Assembly: GCF_036321535.1 (NCBI RefSeq)
Contig: NC_087437.1
Location: 99,078,001-99,142,000, forward strand
DNA length: 64,000 bases
Reading direction: 5' to 3'
Source of the DNA: Camelus dromedarius
Taxonomy: Eukaryota
The stretch's first letter is position 1; every line of letters begins with the position of its first letter. The position numbers were made by a program, and so were the translations under genes. The notes beneath the pieces were generated by a model that worked only from the letters and a program-made list of their open reading frames with translations, was not told the origin of the DNA and ran no database searches. This document shows positions 1 through 11,685 of the stretch, piece by piece.

Positions 1-2660
1 GGTTTATCGTTACCATTACCATTTTTGTTTCTGGGTATTTGGATTATTTCCAGTATTTTTGTGAACATTCTTGTACATATATTATTGAAGACTCAAGTGA
101 ACATAGTAAAGTAGAATTGCCAAGTCAAAATGCTTGTAAATTTTAATTCACTTATTTAATTTAAGTAAGTAAATATATATTTGATTTATAAAATAAATTA
201 ATTAAAATTTAATACTGTTAAATTGGCTTCAGATAGTTACTATGTACTTTCATTGATGGTTATCTGACAAAATGACATAAAAAGGGTAATCCCATTATTT
301 TATGTATCTTTGATCTTTAGTGAGGCTGAGTATCTCTATAAATTTTTTGTCAGTTGGTATTTCTTTAACTCTATCCATCTTTGCACATTTTTTATATTGG
401 GTTTTTTTATTAGGTTGAACATTTGATCTGCTAAGAAATTTGATTCATCTATAATTTGCAGATTGTATTTTGTGGTTTGTCATTTATCTTCAAATTTGCT
501 TTTGGTATCTTAACTATACAGAATTTTTTTAATCTTATAAAATACAACAGTTTTTTAATAGATTGGAGGTTATGTGATCACATCGAAAATTATGCAATTT
601 TTTAATTCTAGTAGTTTCATGATTTTAATTTTTAATTCCTAGATAATAGGATTTCAGTTTTCTCCAAATAGAGAAATATCCAAATAGTCCAAACATAGCA
701 TTTTGACTGATGGATTCTCTGCATCCTGACTTAAAATACTGTCTTTATCGGATATTAAATCCTATTTATAAGTGAGTCTCTTTGGGTCTCTCTATTCTAC
801 TGATTATTTTTCTATTTAAACACTACACCTATTTACATTATAGTACATTTGTAATATACTTTGACTTTTTTAGGAAAAACACTTTATTTTTCTTCTTTTG
901 TAAATGGAAAATTTGGCAAATCTCATTTTTTCTTTTTTGATAATTTTTAGAACCAGTTACCACCTGCCTCTCCAAATCCTTTCAGAATTTGATTGTACTT
1001 CCATTATATTATATATTAAGTTATGGTGAGGTGGCTAATTAAATTTTCAGTATTTTGAGTCCTCCCAGAAAGAAACATGATATACCTCTTCACTTTTTTG
1101 GTCCTCTGTTAATGTCCTTTAATAAGGCTGTAGTTTTACTTCATAATGCTCCCAACATCATGTGTAATTTAATCTTAGATGTATAAAAATTATTTGTTTC
1201 TCTGAATTGAGTCATTTATCCTCTTTTAATATTAAATTAATGGGAGAACTAATTTTATTTATTTACATTGTATCCATTTACCTTATTGAATCCTTTATTT
1301 TTTCTAACAATTTTTTAGTTGATTATTTCAGTAAACTGCCTCCCAATAGTTATCTCATTATTGGGATAATTTCCATTATATTTATTTCTTATTTTATTTC
1401 TGGTTTTATTATGTTGACCAGACTTTTCAGAATACAGTTAAATATTAAAATAATGGTAATAAACTCTTATGTTTAGGTCCTGAGTTTAATGGGAATCTTT
1501 CTAGTGTTTTATTACTAATAGAACTTTTAGTATTGTTTTTTTTTATAGATCCTCCCTTATAAAAATTTAAAAACACTTTTTTTTAATTTACAGGTCAGAG
1601 TTTAACTTAAGCTGATCGGTGTTGGAATTTTGATTTTTTTTTTTTTTAAATGCATCTGTTTGAGACACTGAACAGGTTTCTTCTTAATCTTTAATCCTTG
1701 GGAAGTAAAGTTCTTATATTCATCTTTCTTGTTTTTTTTAATCATTGTAAACACTATCTGTTCCTGTATATTCTTTTTGTACACAAGATAGTTTATCAAA
1801 AATGGACTTGGGTCTTAGCATCTATGTTCATAAACAAAATTGATCTATAGTTTCTTGTTTTAATATTGGTCAATTTTTGATATTCAGATTATACTAGTCT
1901 TGTAAATTATTAAGGAGACTTTTTGCCTTTTTTAGACTCTGGAGCAGTTCAGATAGCATAGAAATCATCTGATCTTTGAAGATTTGACATAACAGCACGG
2001 CTGTATAACAATATGGGCCTGAATCCTTTGTTGGGTGTAGATCTTAGGCAGTCTTTTCAGTTAACTCTAGTTTTGCAGGTCTTTTCAGTTTTTCTGCCTC
2101 TTAAAGTAATTCTGGTAACTTGTATTTTCCTAGATGATTTTTTAATAAAGATCTTATAGTTTATTGGCATAAAGTTACATGTATTATTCTTTTCTAAATT
2201 TTAAAACTTTTCTGCTGTATTTTTGATATCACCTTTCTTATTTCTTATGTTATTGGCTCCAATTTTTTGGTCTTTTATTCTGCTTTTTGGAAAGAAAAAG
2301 CCTTTGGTGTTCTTTAATCCAGTTGACACACTATTTTATTTCTTCTCCTTTATTTTGGTTTATTTTCTTTTTCTAGCTTCTTGAAATAAATTTTATTCTA
2401 TATTGTTCAAGTTATAATTTTCTTTTTACTACCAATCTGACTGTGTCCTGTGGGTTTTGAAATCTCATATTCCCAATATTAATATAATTTTGATTCCTCT
2501 GGTCCAAGAATTTTTAAATTCCTAAGTGTTTCATTCCTATTTGTATTATTACACTGTGGTCAAAGAATATACCCTGTATGATTCTGATCCTCTAGAATTT
2601 GAAGTAGATTTTCTTCATCTCTTGATACACTGTCAGCTTTTAAAATATAGTCCATAAACG
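1..2660 (-). mobile_element. Old, degraded L1 (L1M/L1ME-type) ORF2-3' region, antisense to USP25
   Basis: Long T-rich tract with antisense L1 motifs such as gcatctatgttcataa, tttaatgggaatctttctagtgtttt and gtggtcaaagaatat. Confidence 0.65.
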
Positions 2661-2673
2661 TTTAAGAACTATA

Positions 2674-2709
2674 TTCTCTGTCTCTCTGTCTCTCTGTCTC
2701 CTCTCTCTC
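2674..2709. repeat. (CTCTCTGT)n / CT-rich simple repeat
   Basis: tctctgtctctctgtctctctgtctcctctctctc seen directly. Confidence 0.8.
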
Positions 2710-5259
2710 AACTCACCTAACCTTATTTTAGAGGTAAGATCATTAAGATTTGGAGAACTTTCTGACATATTTTATGTCACAATTAGTAAATGATATGTCT
2801 AGCTTTCTGGATTTTACTCTAGCTGATTTTCCCTTAGATCTTCTGCCTCCGGAGTATACTGTACATATGTATATTTGATATTTTCTAATGTATGCATTTA
2901 CTTACATTAGAATAGTCTAAGAGGTTATAAATTTGGAGTATGTTTTATAATTTAGAAAAGTAGAAAAAGTCTGGGTAGAAATCATTTGAAAGAGTTCAGC
3001 AGAGAAAGACTTCAACTGGTCCCACTGAATGGGTCCTGTGTGGCTTAATGGGCATAGAGAAACAAAGGCACGTGTGCATTTGTGGGAGATGAACCTGACC
3101 TCAGTGGAAGAGTTACAAGAAATAAGAGCAAATAGGTAACTTTGGGCCTGATTAGTAGGACTATGTTAAAGGTCTGGTGAAAAGGAAATAAATTAAATAT
3201 GAAGCAGCTCCATCACCTAATGGCCAGTATCACATTTCATTTTGCAAATATGTGTGGTTCCATTGCAGTATCTGTAACAGTTAAAATAGTTACCTTCATA
3301 GGCAGCCAAAAAATACGGAACAAAAATAATTCTAGAACACGAGTCTGAGAATGTAGTACGGGGCAAATATAGCAGCTCTGCAGGGTTAACTTTACTCCTA
3401 ACAGTAGATTATGTAGAGTTCTCCTAAATATACCAGTGTGGAACATCTGTTGGAAATTTGAAGGAATAGATATTATTGCAGTATTTTTTAAGTCAGAAAA
3501 TTTCTTGAGAAGGAAGTTCATAAACAAAAGGAAAAATGTGGTATCTTGTGTTTGAAAAATTACTCCTAGAAATTCAGAAGTGCCTTTATACCTCTGCTGG
3601 TTTAATAAAACACTTATAGATTGTGACTTTGGCATTTACTTACTAAAATTAGGAGAATCTTAAATAGGGCAAAATCAAGAGATAAACATAGTCTTAGAGT
3701 AAAAGAAGATCTATATTCCAGCTCTCTAATAGAGATCTGTTGCTATTTATAAAAACAAATCATGGCCTCTATTTTGAAAGCAGATGGGAGAAAGAATAGC
3801 CATTGGTGTTGTAAGTCTTTATGTCTAAGTCTTCAGTATTACTTAAGAGACAAATTTGTTTTTAATTTGCTCATACTAATTTTGGCCAGAAGCGTGACAT
3901 CTGAAATGTTTAAATATTTAAAAACCTAATAGTTGATGACAGTCATCGTCTAAGGGTCATAATAAGGAAGAACAGTTCTTGATTGTTTTTATTTTACATT
4001 TATTCTCAAATTCAGTATAGTTTGGTTATTAGATGAACATGTGCCTTTTATCAAATTGAGAAAATAGGAAGATTATAAAGAGTTTATAAATGAAGCATGC
4101 AGAGAAGTAGTCGTGATCATCTTACATGTCAAAATATCGTTAAATTTTCATGGCTATTTTAAACCACAACAGTAAGACTTAAGAATGTGTATATTCAAAG
4201 AAAATTGGAGTAATTTATTTTATCTGTAGAGTAATTATCTTATTCTATTTATAATACTAAGCAAAATAGGACTTATTTGCCTCCTGTTTAATGAAATATA
4301 AGTATAACTAAAATATTTCACTTAATGTTTTTCGGTTACATTTTCTTCTATTAAAATACAGTCACATAGGTGGTAGGATCTGGAGGGCCAAGAGTTGCTT
4401 AAGAAAGACATGCAATTAAAGAAGAAGAAAAAAACCTTTCCAATAGAATGGACTTTTTGTAATATATTTTGTATGTAGCCCCAAATCTTCTGTAGTTAAT
4501 GAAGCTAGAATTTAGATGTGTCTAATATAAATGAATATTTTTTAAATGTTACCTTTAATAATATGGGCTTCTTACACAGCAGTGTATGATGTATAAGTCT
4601 GCACATATTTCTCTATGAGCAAATATTTTTTAAGTCATTTGCTCATGTATGGAAACATGCATTAGTATTTATTATAATCCATTATAATATTACTTTGAAC
4701 TCTAAGGTGTTTTCTATTTATAAATAAAAAGTAAGTTCAAATATCAAGGTAGTAATAGTGATAATATTCATTAATAACTACACTGATAAAATTCAACTGT
4801 TTTTGAAAAAATAAAAATTTTATTTTATGGTAACTACAAAGCTTGCTTTTTCACCCCTTATTTGTGAACTGCACAGCTTAAAGTTAATTGTGGTGATATT
4901 ATTATGCATTCAAGAGCCAGCCATTTTCTTCTAGACATGAGTATTCTAGGGAACTGTATTTCAGCCCTAGAATTAGGGATATTAGAGATATACTAGATAG
5001 GAGATAAGTTGTACTTCAGTCTTATAATGCTTCTGAATAGACTTTGACCAGGCTCTGTTAAGTTTTACAAAATTTCCCACATCATGAACTTGGATGTATT
5101 AAAACTATGGAACATAGGACAGTATTCTTAGATGTACTACCTTGTGTCTAGTTCTTTAAAAAGAAAAAAAAAAGTTTGAATGTAAGAATAATTAAGTTAT
5201 AATATTGAAGGATTTTGATTATTATAATTAACCCAAATTGGCATTTTGTTATTTTCTAG

Positions 5260-5438
5260 GCAATTAAGTTGGAATATTCAAGGTTGGTTAAATTGGCCCA
5301 AGAAGATACCCCACCAGAAACAGACTATCGTTTACATCATGTAGTAGTCTACTTTATCCAGAATCAGGCACCAAAGAAAATCATTGAGAAAACATTGCTA
5401 GAACAATTTGGAGATAGAAATTTGAGTTTTGATGAAAG
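5260..5438 (+). CDS. USP25: USP25 coding exon (6th from last): [59 protein letters not shown](R)
   Basis: Acceptor ttgttattttctag|G and donor AG|gtaatt. 179 nt, phase 0 to 2. Manual translation matches the USP25 C-terminal region as I recall it. Confidence 0.97.
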
Positions 5439-5766
5439 GTAATTTGAAAATGTTAAATACATAATTCATATGCTCACATTGTCCTTGTCTTTTTTGTGGT
5501 TCCCAGCGCAATTTTTGAATATTTATTTTACACAGACACAGACATATTTCAATAAATAAAGCACAAAATCTGACTTTATTTAAGTCAAACAGTTGTTGTG
5601 TAACTTATCTGGAGTTTATGATCATGACCTTTAAAAGTCTGAACTAAAAATAATTTAGACAATTTTAGTACATCTTAATTGTGAACCAAGGTGCTAAGCT
5701 AAGCAATATAAGGATACTCAGAAGAGTGTAATACAGTCACTGACCTTGGGGACCTTTAGGGAAGTA

Positions 5767-5981
5767 AAGATCTTCTTAAACTCTGCACCGTGGATATTTT
5801 GGGTCAAATGATTCTTTGTTTTGGGGGCCTGTCCTTTAATTTTTAGGATATTAAACAATACTCGTGGCCTCTGCTCACTAAATGCCAGTAGTACTTTCCA
5901 AATGGTGACAACTCAGAATGTCTCCAGATACTGCCAGGTATCCCTCGAGGAAGCAAAATCATCTTTGTTAGAGGGTCATTG
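5767..5981 (-). mobile_element. MER20 (hAT-Charlie non-autonomous DNA transposon)
   Basis: Reverse complement matches the recalled MER20 consensus (ggcctctgctcactaaatgccagtag, gtgacaactcagaatgtctccagatactgcca). Confidence 0.85.
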
Positions 5982-6329
5982 GAGAAAAGTAATTAATCAT
6001 ATATATAAATGAAATAAATATCCTCTGACATAGAGAGGGCTTAGAATGGTTAATACCAAAATATATTTTCTTTTAGAAACTCCTATAAAGCTAATTATTA
6101 ATGTTAAAGATTAAAATTTAATCTGTTAGAATCAACCATTAAAAAATTTTAAGCCTCTGGTAAAGATCCAAAGTACTGAAAAGTTATTTTAGAATATAGA
6201 AACATTTATGCTATCTTGGTCTTTGTAAACACATTTTAATTCTGAAATAAATGATTATCCTTTCATGAGTGTCTCAAAAATACTGAATTAAAAATATAGG
6301 TAGTAGAAGAGTGTATGAAGAAAAAACAT

Positions 6330-6455
6330 ACCATCTAGGAATAATTTCTGCCTTACCATGTGTCTACTGTGAAATTTAGGGTTAAGTAAAATAACACAAG
6401 TAATGGTTTTCAGTGCTATCTGGTAAACAGTAGTTGCTCACAGTGTTGGTTATAC
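6330..6455 (+). mobile_element. MIR SINE 3' fragment
   Basis: ctgtgaaatttagggttaagtaaaataac...tctggtaaacagtagttgctca resembles the MIR 3' half. Confidence 0.5.
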
Positions 6456-7207
6456 TACTTTTATTAGTGATAGTATTGGCATCATTTATTTTGTTACATG
6501 TGGCTATGAAGAGCTCAGAAATATAACAGATTATGACCCTCATCTAGGCTATCAGTGTACTATGTTCTAATGACTATATACTATTGAATTTGAGGAAGAT
6601 ATAGAGTACTCACATTGACTTTTCAGTCTTTTGAAGTTATGTGCCTGGTGACTGCAAATAGTCAGTGTGTTTTGATAGATTTCATTTCTCTTGTGCATGA
6701 AATACAGAATAAAATGTGTGATAACTAAAGATATTTTGGGGAGATTTCTTTAGCAATGATTCTGTTCATAAAATCTAATAGGATGTTCCCATTCTTACCT
6801 GAAATGATAGGCACATTTTAGGTTCCTTTTTACTATTTATGAATAATACTATTTGGGAGAAAAAAGATTTTATGGCTCTTGAACTTGCTTAATAGATAGA
6901 TATTATAAAAATTTTTCATTTTTTTGTGTATGCCATCTTTATTAATAGAATATAATTCAAAAGCCATATGTAAATATAACATGGAGAATTTGAATTATCT
7001 TTATATATTTGTAACTATCCAACATTGTGGTCCAAAAACACATTTTTCATTTACGTTATTTGGGAGTTATTTTCCTCAAAAAAATATTGCTCTGTGACAG
7101 TGGATTTCATTTTTATAAGTGTTGAATAGTTTAGTTTTGTATAATACACATTTTTCAGTTTTTATGGCTTTTACTCTTGATTTAGAAATACGTTTCTTTT
7201 ATTAAAG

Positions 7208-7286
7208 GTGTCACAACATAATGAAAGTTGCTCAAGCCAAAATTGAAATGATAAAACCAGAAGAAGTAAACTTGGAGGAATATGAG
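7208..7286 (+). CDS. USP25: USP25 coding exon: (R)[26 protein letters not shown]
   Basis: Acceptor tttcttttattaaag|G and donor GAG|gtaatg. 79 nt, completes the split Arg codon AG+G, ends in phase 0. Confidence 0.96.
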
Positions 7287-7994
7287 GTAATGTGCCTTTT
7301 GAGAGACTGAACTATAGATTGAGAAGTTCTATAGTTCATTAATCTTTCATTTCAGCACGACTAAGCACATGCGAAAATTCAACACAGGGAAATGTAAGGG
7401 TTCATAGCTAGCAGGTTTTATCTTGGTTAATAGAATCTACATTCTTAAATGCTCTACTATGCTAAATCTCTGCTATAGTTTTTCTTTGTGTGCTTCATCA
7501 GGTATTTTGGGGGAAGTTAGAAATTCATTTTAACTATTGTATGCCATATATTATATTTGTCATTATTGGACAGTGTTGTATGTGAGAGAGCACACACGCA
7601 TGAGTACTCATATTATGCTTGTAATTTTTTGTGCACAGAATTCTCTTTGTGTTAACTTTGGCTTAAAAATTAGTATTTTTTTAAAGTTAACAGTTTAGAC
7701 ACCTGGTACTTTTTCAAAGTTTTAAATTTAGTATTATCCATTGTCTTTATTTTATTTTATAAATCTGGTAAATTTTAACTTGTTTTCATGAGTGCCTTTG
7801 ATTAATGTTTGGTCCCATTTACAAACTTAATGCTTCAGATTCCCTTAAACAATTAGTGTAATTCGCCACATTATCAGATAAAAGAAAGGATACAGAAAAC
7901 ATTCATTTTTGGTCATAACTCTAAGCTAACCTGGTAACTACTTTAATCTGCTAAAGAGTGTCTTGAAAAACAAAAATAACAAAACTACCTAAAT

Positions 7995-8785
7995 AAAACT
8001 AAATATCATGTAGAAATGTGAACATTGAAAGCTTTCCTTTTGTGATCAGGAAAAAGACAGGGATGCCTGCCATCACTGTGTCTATTCAGAATTGTACTGT
8101 AAGTTCAAACGGGACAGTTAGGCAATGAAAATAAAGCAGAAAGTAAGACTGGAAAAGAAGAAACAGAGTTATTATTTGCAGGTTTTATATCTAGAAAATA
8201 CAAACAAGATTTACAGATAAATGTATTGGAACTAATAAGAGAGCTTTGTAACATGCAAATCTATGTCAAATATCAGTTTTATTCCTTTATATCAGTAACA
8301 AATAATCAAATAGGATTTTTTAAGAATGATACTGTTTTCAGTAGTATTCAAAACTATGGAAAACCTAGAAGTAAACTTAGCGTAAAATGTGCTTGACTTT
8401 AGGAGACATTAAAGAAGACCTAAGCAAATGGATATATGTATCATGTTTGGAAAACTTGGTATTGTAAAGATGTCAGTTTTCCCCAAAATGGTTTATTAAT
8501 TCAGTGCAGTTTCTATCAAACTTCTAGCAAGTTGTTTTATGAGAGTTAGTAAGCTGATTCAGGAATTTTTTGGGAAGTGCAGAGGATCTCACTCTAGGCC
8601 TGACATTCTTGACGAACAAGGTAGAAAGGCTTTTTCTGCTTAAAATCAAAACATAGTATCTTAACCTTTATGCTTTTTAATAATACTAGCATAGCATAGG
8701 TCAATTTGAACAATAAAACAGCATAAAAAAATCTAAGAACATAGCCAGAAGTAATTGGATACACAATACACACTAGAGACAGCAA
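7995..8785 (+). mobile_element. Old L1 ORF2 (RT/post-RT) fragment
   Basis: gaaagctttcctttgtgatcaggaaaaagacagggatgcctg, attaaagaagacctaagcaaatgg and tattgtaaagatgtcagttttcccc are L1 ORF2 hallmarks. Multiple stops and frameshifts. Confidence 0.85.
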
Positions 8786-9046
8786 GCAAATTGGTTGCTA
8801 ACTCTACCCTTGTCCCCAAGATCCAAGTTACGTGTGACTTGATTTTTAATTGTGATTTGATTCTGCAGTCCCTTCACAAGTTTGCTTCATCAGATTGGAT
8901 TCAGCGTATTTTTATTCTGAAACTTCTCACATCTTTTCTAACTGCAGAGCCATTAAATATTATAGGTATTTACATGACATGTTTTTTGATTCTGTATATC
9001 CCATATATATCCTATATATCCCATATATATTTGTCTTGCTCTAAGT

Positions 9047-9262
9047 CACATGTCAGCAAACCTTGGCCCTCAGACCAAATCCAGCTCACCACCACCTGCT
9101 TTTATAAATAAAGTTTTATTGGAACATAAGCCATTTGTTTATGTATTGCGTATAAAGGTTTTACAATTGCAGAGTCGAGTAACTACAGTAGAAACTGAAT
9201 GGCCTGCAAAGCCTAAGACATTTACCATCTAGCCCTTTACAGAAAATGTTTACCTATTCACA
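9047..9262 (+). mobile_element. MER58A (hAT-Charlie)
   Basis: gtcagcaaac...aaataaagttttattggaaca...tggcctgcaaagcctaagacatttaccatctagccctttacagaaaatgttt matches the recalled consensus. Confidence 0.88.
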
Positions 9263-9958
9263 ATTTCTAAGGTGATTCTAATGATAACAAGGTGGTAATT
9301 TGAATACTTTCCCCAGAAAAGCTAACTTTAGACTTGTAAGACAAATTTTGCCTTTGTTAATAAGCTCTACTAATAGTATGAAAATTATGCCTTTTAAAAT
9401 TAAAAACTAAAATGATTTAAGTGCAAGGAAAGTGTAGAATATAGTTGGCTAATAACTGGTCTATATGTTTCTTACTTTCATTTGCTTATAATATATATAT
9501 AAAAGCTGTCACACTTTTATTATCAATGTCTTTTAAGTTAGTCCTGTATTGAATTTTACTTACGATTTTCCTTGAATCAATTTTTATTCAGTAAGTTAAA
9601 AAAAATCCTGATTTTTATTGTTTTCTAGAGTTACAGGATGTCTGTTCTGAATCATTTAGTCCTATTACTTGCCCACTAATTTGGGTTTTTTGGAGGAAGG
9701 GGCTATGAAATGTGAAATGCATCTGTCTTTCACTACATTTCAGATGAAAAGAATATTCAGCTACCACATTTAAAATTTAACAGAAATTTGGCAAAATCAA
9801 ACGATTAAATAAATTCATTATTATATAACATTTTTCTTTTTCTTTCAGTTCCTTAAAATCCTGCTTCAAATAACAGTTTTCAAGCTTTGTTTCATATTAA
9901 AGTAGTAGCTTCATTTCCCTTCTGCATTCTATGTGATGTAGATCTATAACAGTATTTT

Positions 9959-10307
9959 TAAATTTAACTGTATTTGTTTTGCATTGTATGAGTTTCGATG
10001 TACAGCATAGTGATTCAGTATGTTTGCAGATTTACTCCATTAAAAGTCATTACAAGATAATGACTGTAGTTTCCTATGCTATACAGTATATACTTGCTGC
10101 TTATCTTTTTTATACATAGTAGTTTTTGTCTCTTAATTCCATGCTCCTATCTTGTCCCTCCCCCATTGCCTCTCCCTGCTGATAATAGTATGAAGTTTCC
10201 TCAAAAAATTAAAAATACAACTACGATATAATCCAGCAGTTCCACTCCTGGGTATACATCTGAAAAAAAAAAAAAACACTAATTCTAAAAGATGGATGCA
10301 CCCCAGT
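9959..10307 (-). mobile_element. Short cetartiodactyl-type L1 with 5' inversion (3' end antisense at 9959-~10185, ORF2 tail sense at ~10186-10307)
   Basis: Antisense L1 3'UTR (gatgtacagcatagtgattcag) abuts the sense ORF2 end (ttcctcaaaaaattaaaaatacaactacgatataatccagcagttccactcctgggtata). Flanked by an 18-bp direct repeat with 15/18 identity. Confidence 0.8.
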
Positions 10308-10649
10308 GATCTGTAATAATATTTTAATAGTAAGCTTTCACACTGAAGAATTTTTGAGAGATGACCTACCTGACTGATTATCTTGCCTTTGTATTTCTCT
10401 TATCTTCTAGTGAGATCTTCATTGTTTAATTCCTCATCAATGTCTAATAATTTTTCATTTATTGTTATACTGGTAAACAGTTTTGTATGTCAGAAATTGA
10501 AATCTTGATTTAGGTCTAGTGTAATTTTAAACTCTTTGATTCTGTTCATTCAAATCGTTATTAGAACAGGGTATTAACTTTATGAGCCATTGTCATTGTA
10601 GTTTTAATATCTTACTCTATATTCCTTTAATGTTTTCTTTCACCTACAG

Positions 10650-10729
10650 GAGTGGCATCAGGATTATAGGAAATTCAGGGAAACAACCATGTATCTCATA
10701 ATTGGGCTAGAAAATTTTCAAGGAGAAAG
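10650..10729 (+). CDS. USP25: USP25 coding exon: [26 protein letters not shown](S)
   Basis: Acceptor ttttctttcacctacag|G and donor AG|gtaagg. 80 nt, phase 0 to 2. Confidence 0.96.
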
Positions 10730-10842
10730 GTAAGGCAAAATGGACAGACATGAAAAGAAGAGCTTAATTTTTGTACTTGATTCTATTCAGATGTGACCTC
10801 ATCTATAGAAAAGATTTTATTCACGGTATATATTCAGTAACC

Positions 10843-10925
10843 TTTTTTTTATTTTAGAACAGTGTTAGATTTACAGGGAAATTGCAGAGTTAATACAAAA
10901 AGTTTCCATATACCCCACATATGAT
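10843..10925 (-). mobile_element. L1MB/L1MC-type 3' end fragment
   Basis: ttttagaacagtgttagatttacagggaaattgcagag...tttccatatacccc. Confidence 0.6.
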
Positions 10926-11559
10926 ATATTTTCCACTTTAAATTAAATCTGTAAGGTTGGCATTAGTATCATTGTCTTTATCAGCTGTCAAGCACTACAG
11001 TTGAAGGTTAGGATGGAATAGGATTAGATTGAAACCTAGAAGTTTGCCAGGGACCAGAGAAGCTGCTAACCTAGCAAATAGAATTCTCTGTATTCTCCAA
11101 CATCTGCCTTCAGTCACTAGCCTTTTTGCTAATCTTTCTGAGTTTAATCTGACTTCAGATCAGACATAGTGTTTCTAATGTCTTTGTCTGAACTTCCAGG
11201 TACTGTAAAAAAAAAAAAATAGCTGTAGAAAACTTATCGTTTGTCTACTAAATATTGTGACTGTAAATATTTTAGATTACTTTTCATACACATTATAGAA
11301 GGTTTTAAAAGAATGTCTGCTTTTTAAATTTTAATGTTATAATTAATTAAGTTCTAGTCATTGTGTAATTTATAAGATAATTTGCTTTGGTCACTGAAGT
11401 AGAAAACTATTTTGACCAGTAGCTCCATTTTATAAATTAATATTTTGGTCAAAGTTTTATTTCTTTAGTAGGAATATTCCAATTTGCTAAGGAATTTTGG
11501 GGATTAATGTTTCTGAGAAAATACTAACATGATCTTACAATTGAATAGAGTGCCTAAAA

Positions 11560-11685
11560 AGCATTTCCATTTTATAGGAAAAAAAACCAAAAAAACAGAA
11601 AAGTGGTCTCTGCAGAGATGCAGTAATCTGTCAAGGTCACACAACTAACTAGGGAGAGAAAAAATTAAAATAGAGACTTCTATAT
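11560..11685 (-). mobile_element. MIR fragment
   Basis: ccattttatagg...cagagatgcagtaatctgtcaaggtcacacaactaac matches the antisense MIR core. Confidence 0.55.

Noticed and set aside
3237..3635. 132-aa minus-strand ORF in a USP25 intron
   Set aside because: No recognisable domain, composition typical of AT-rich chance ORFs, and no promoter or splice context.
1..5259. Isoform-specific USP25 exons (USP25b/USP25m inserts) expected upstream of the AIKLEY exon
   Set aside because: I found no sequence encoding the recalled insert peptides here. They probably lie upstream of the window.
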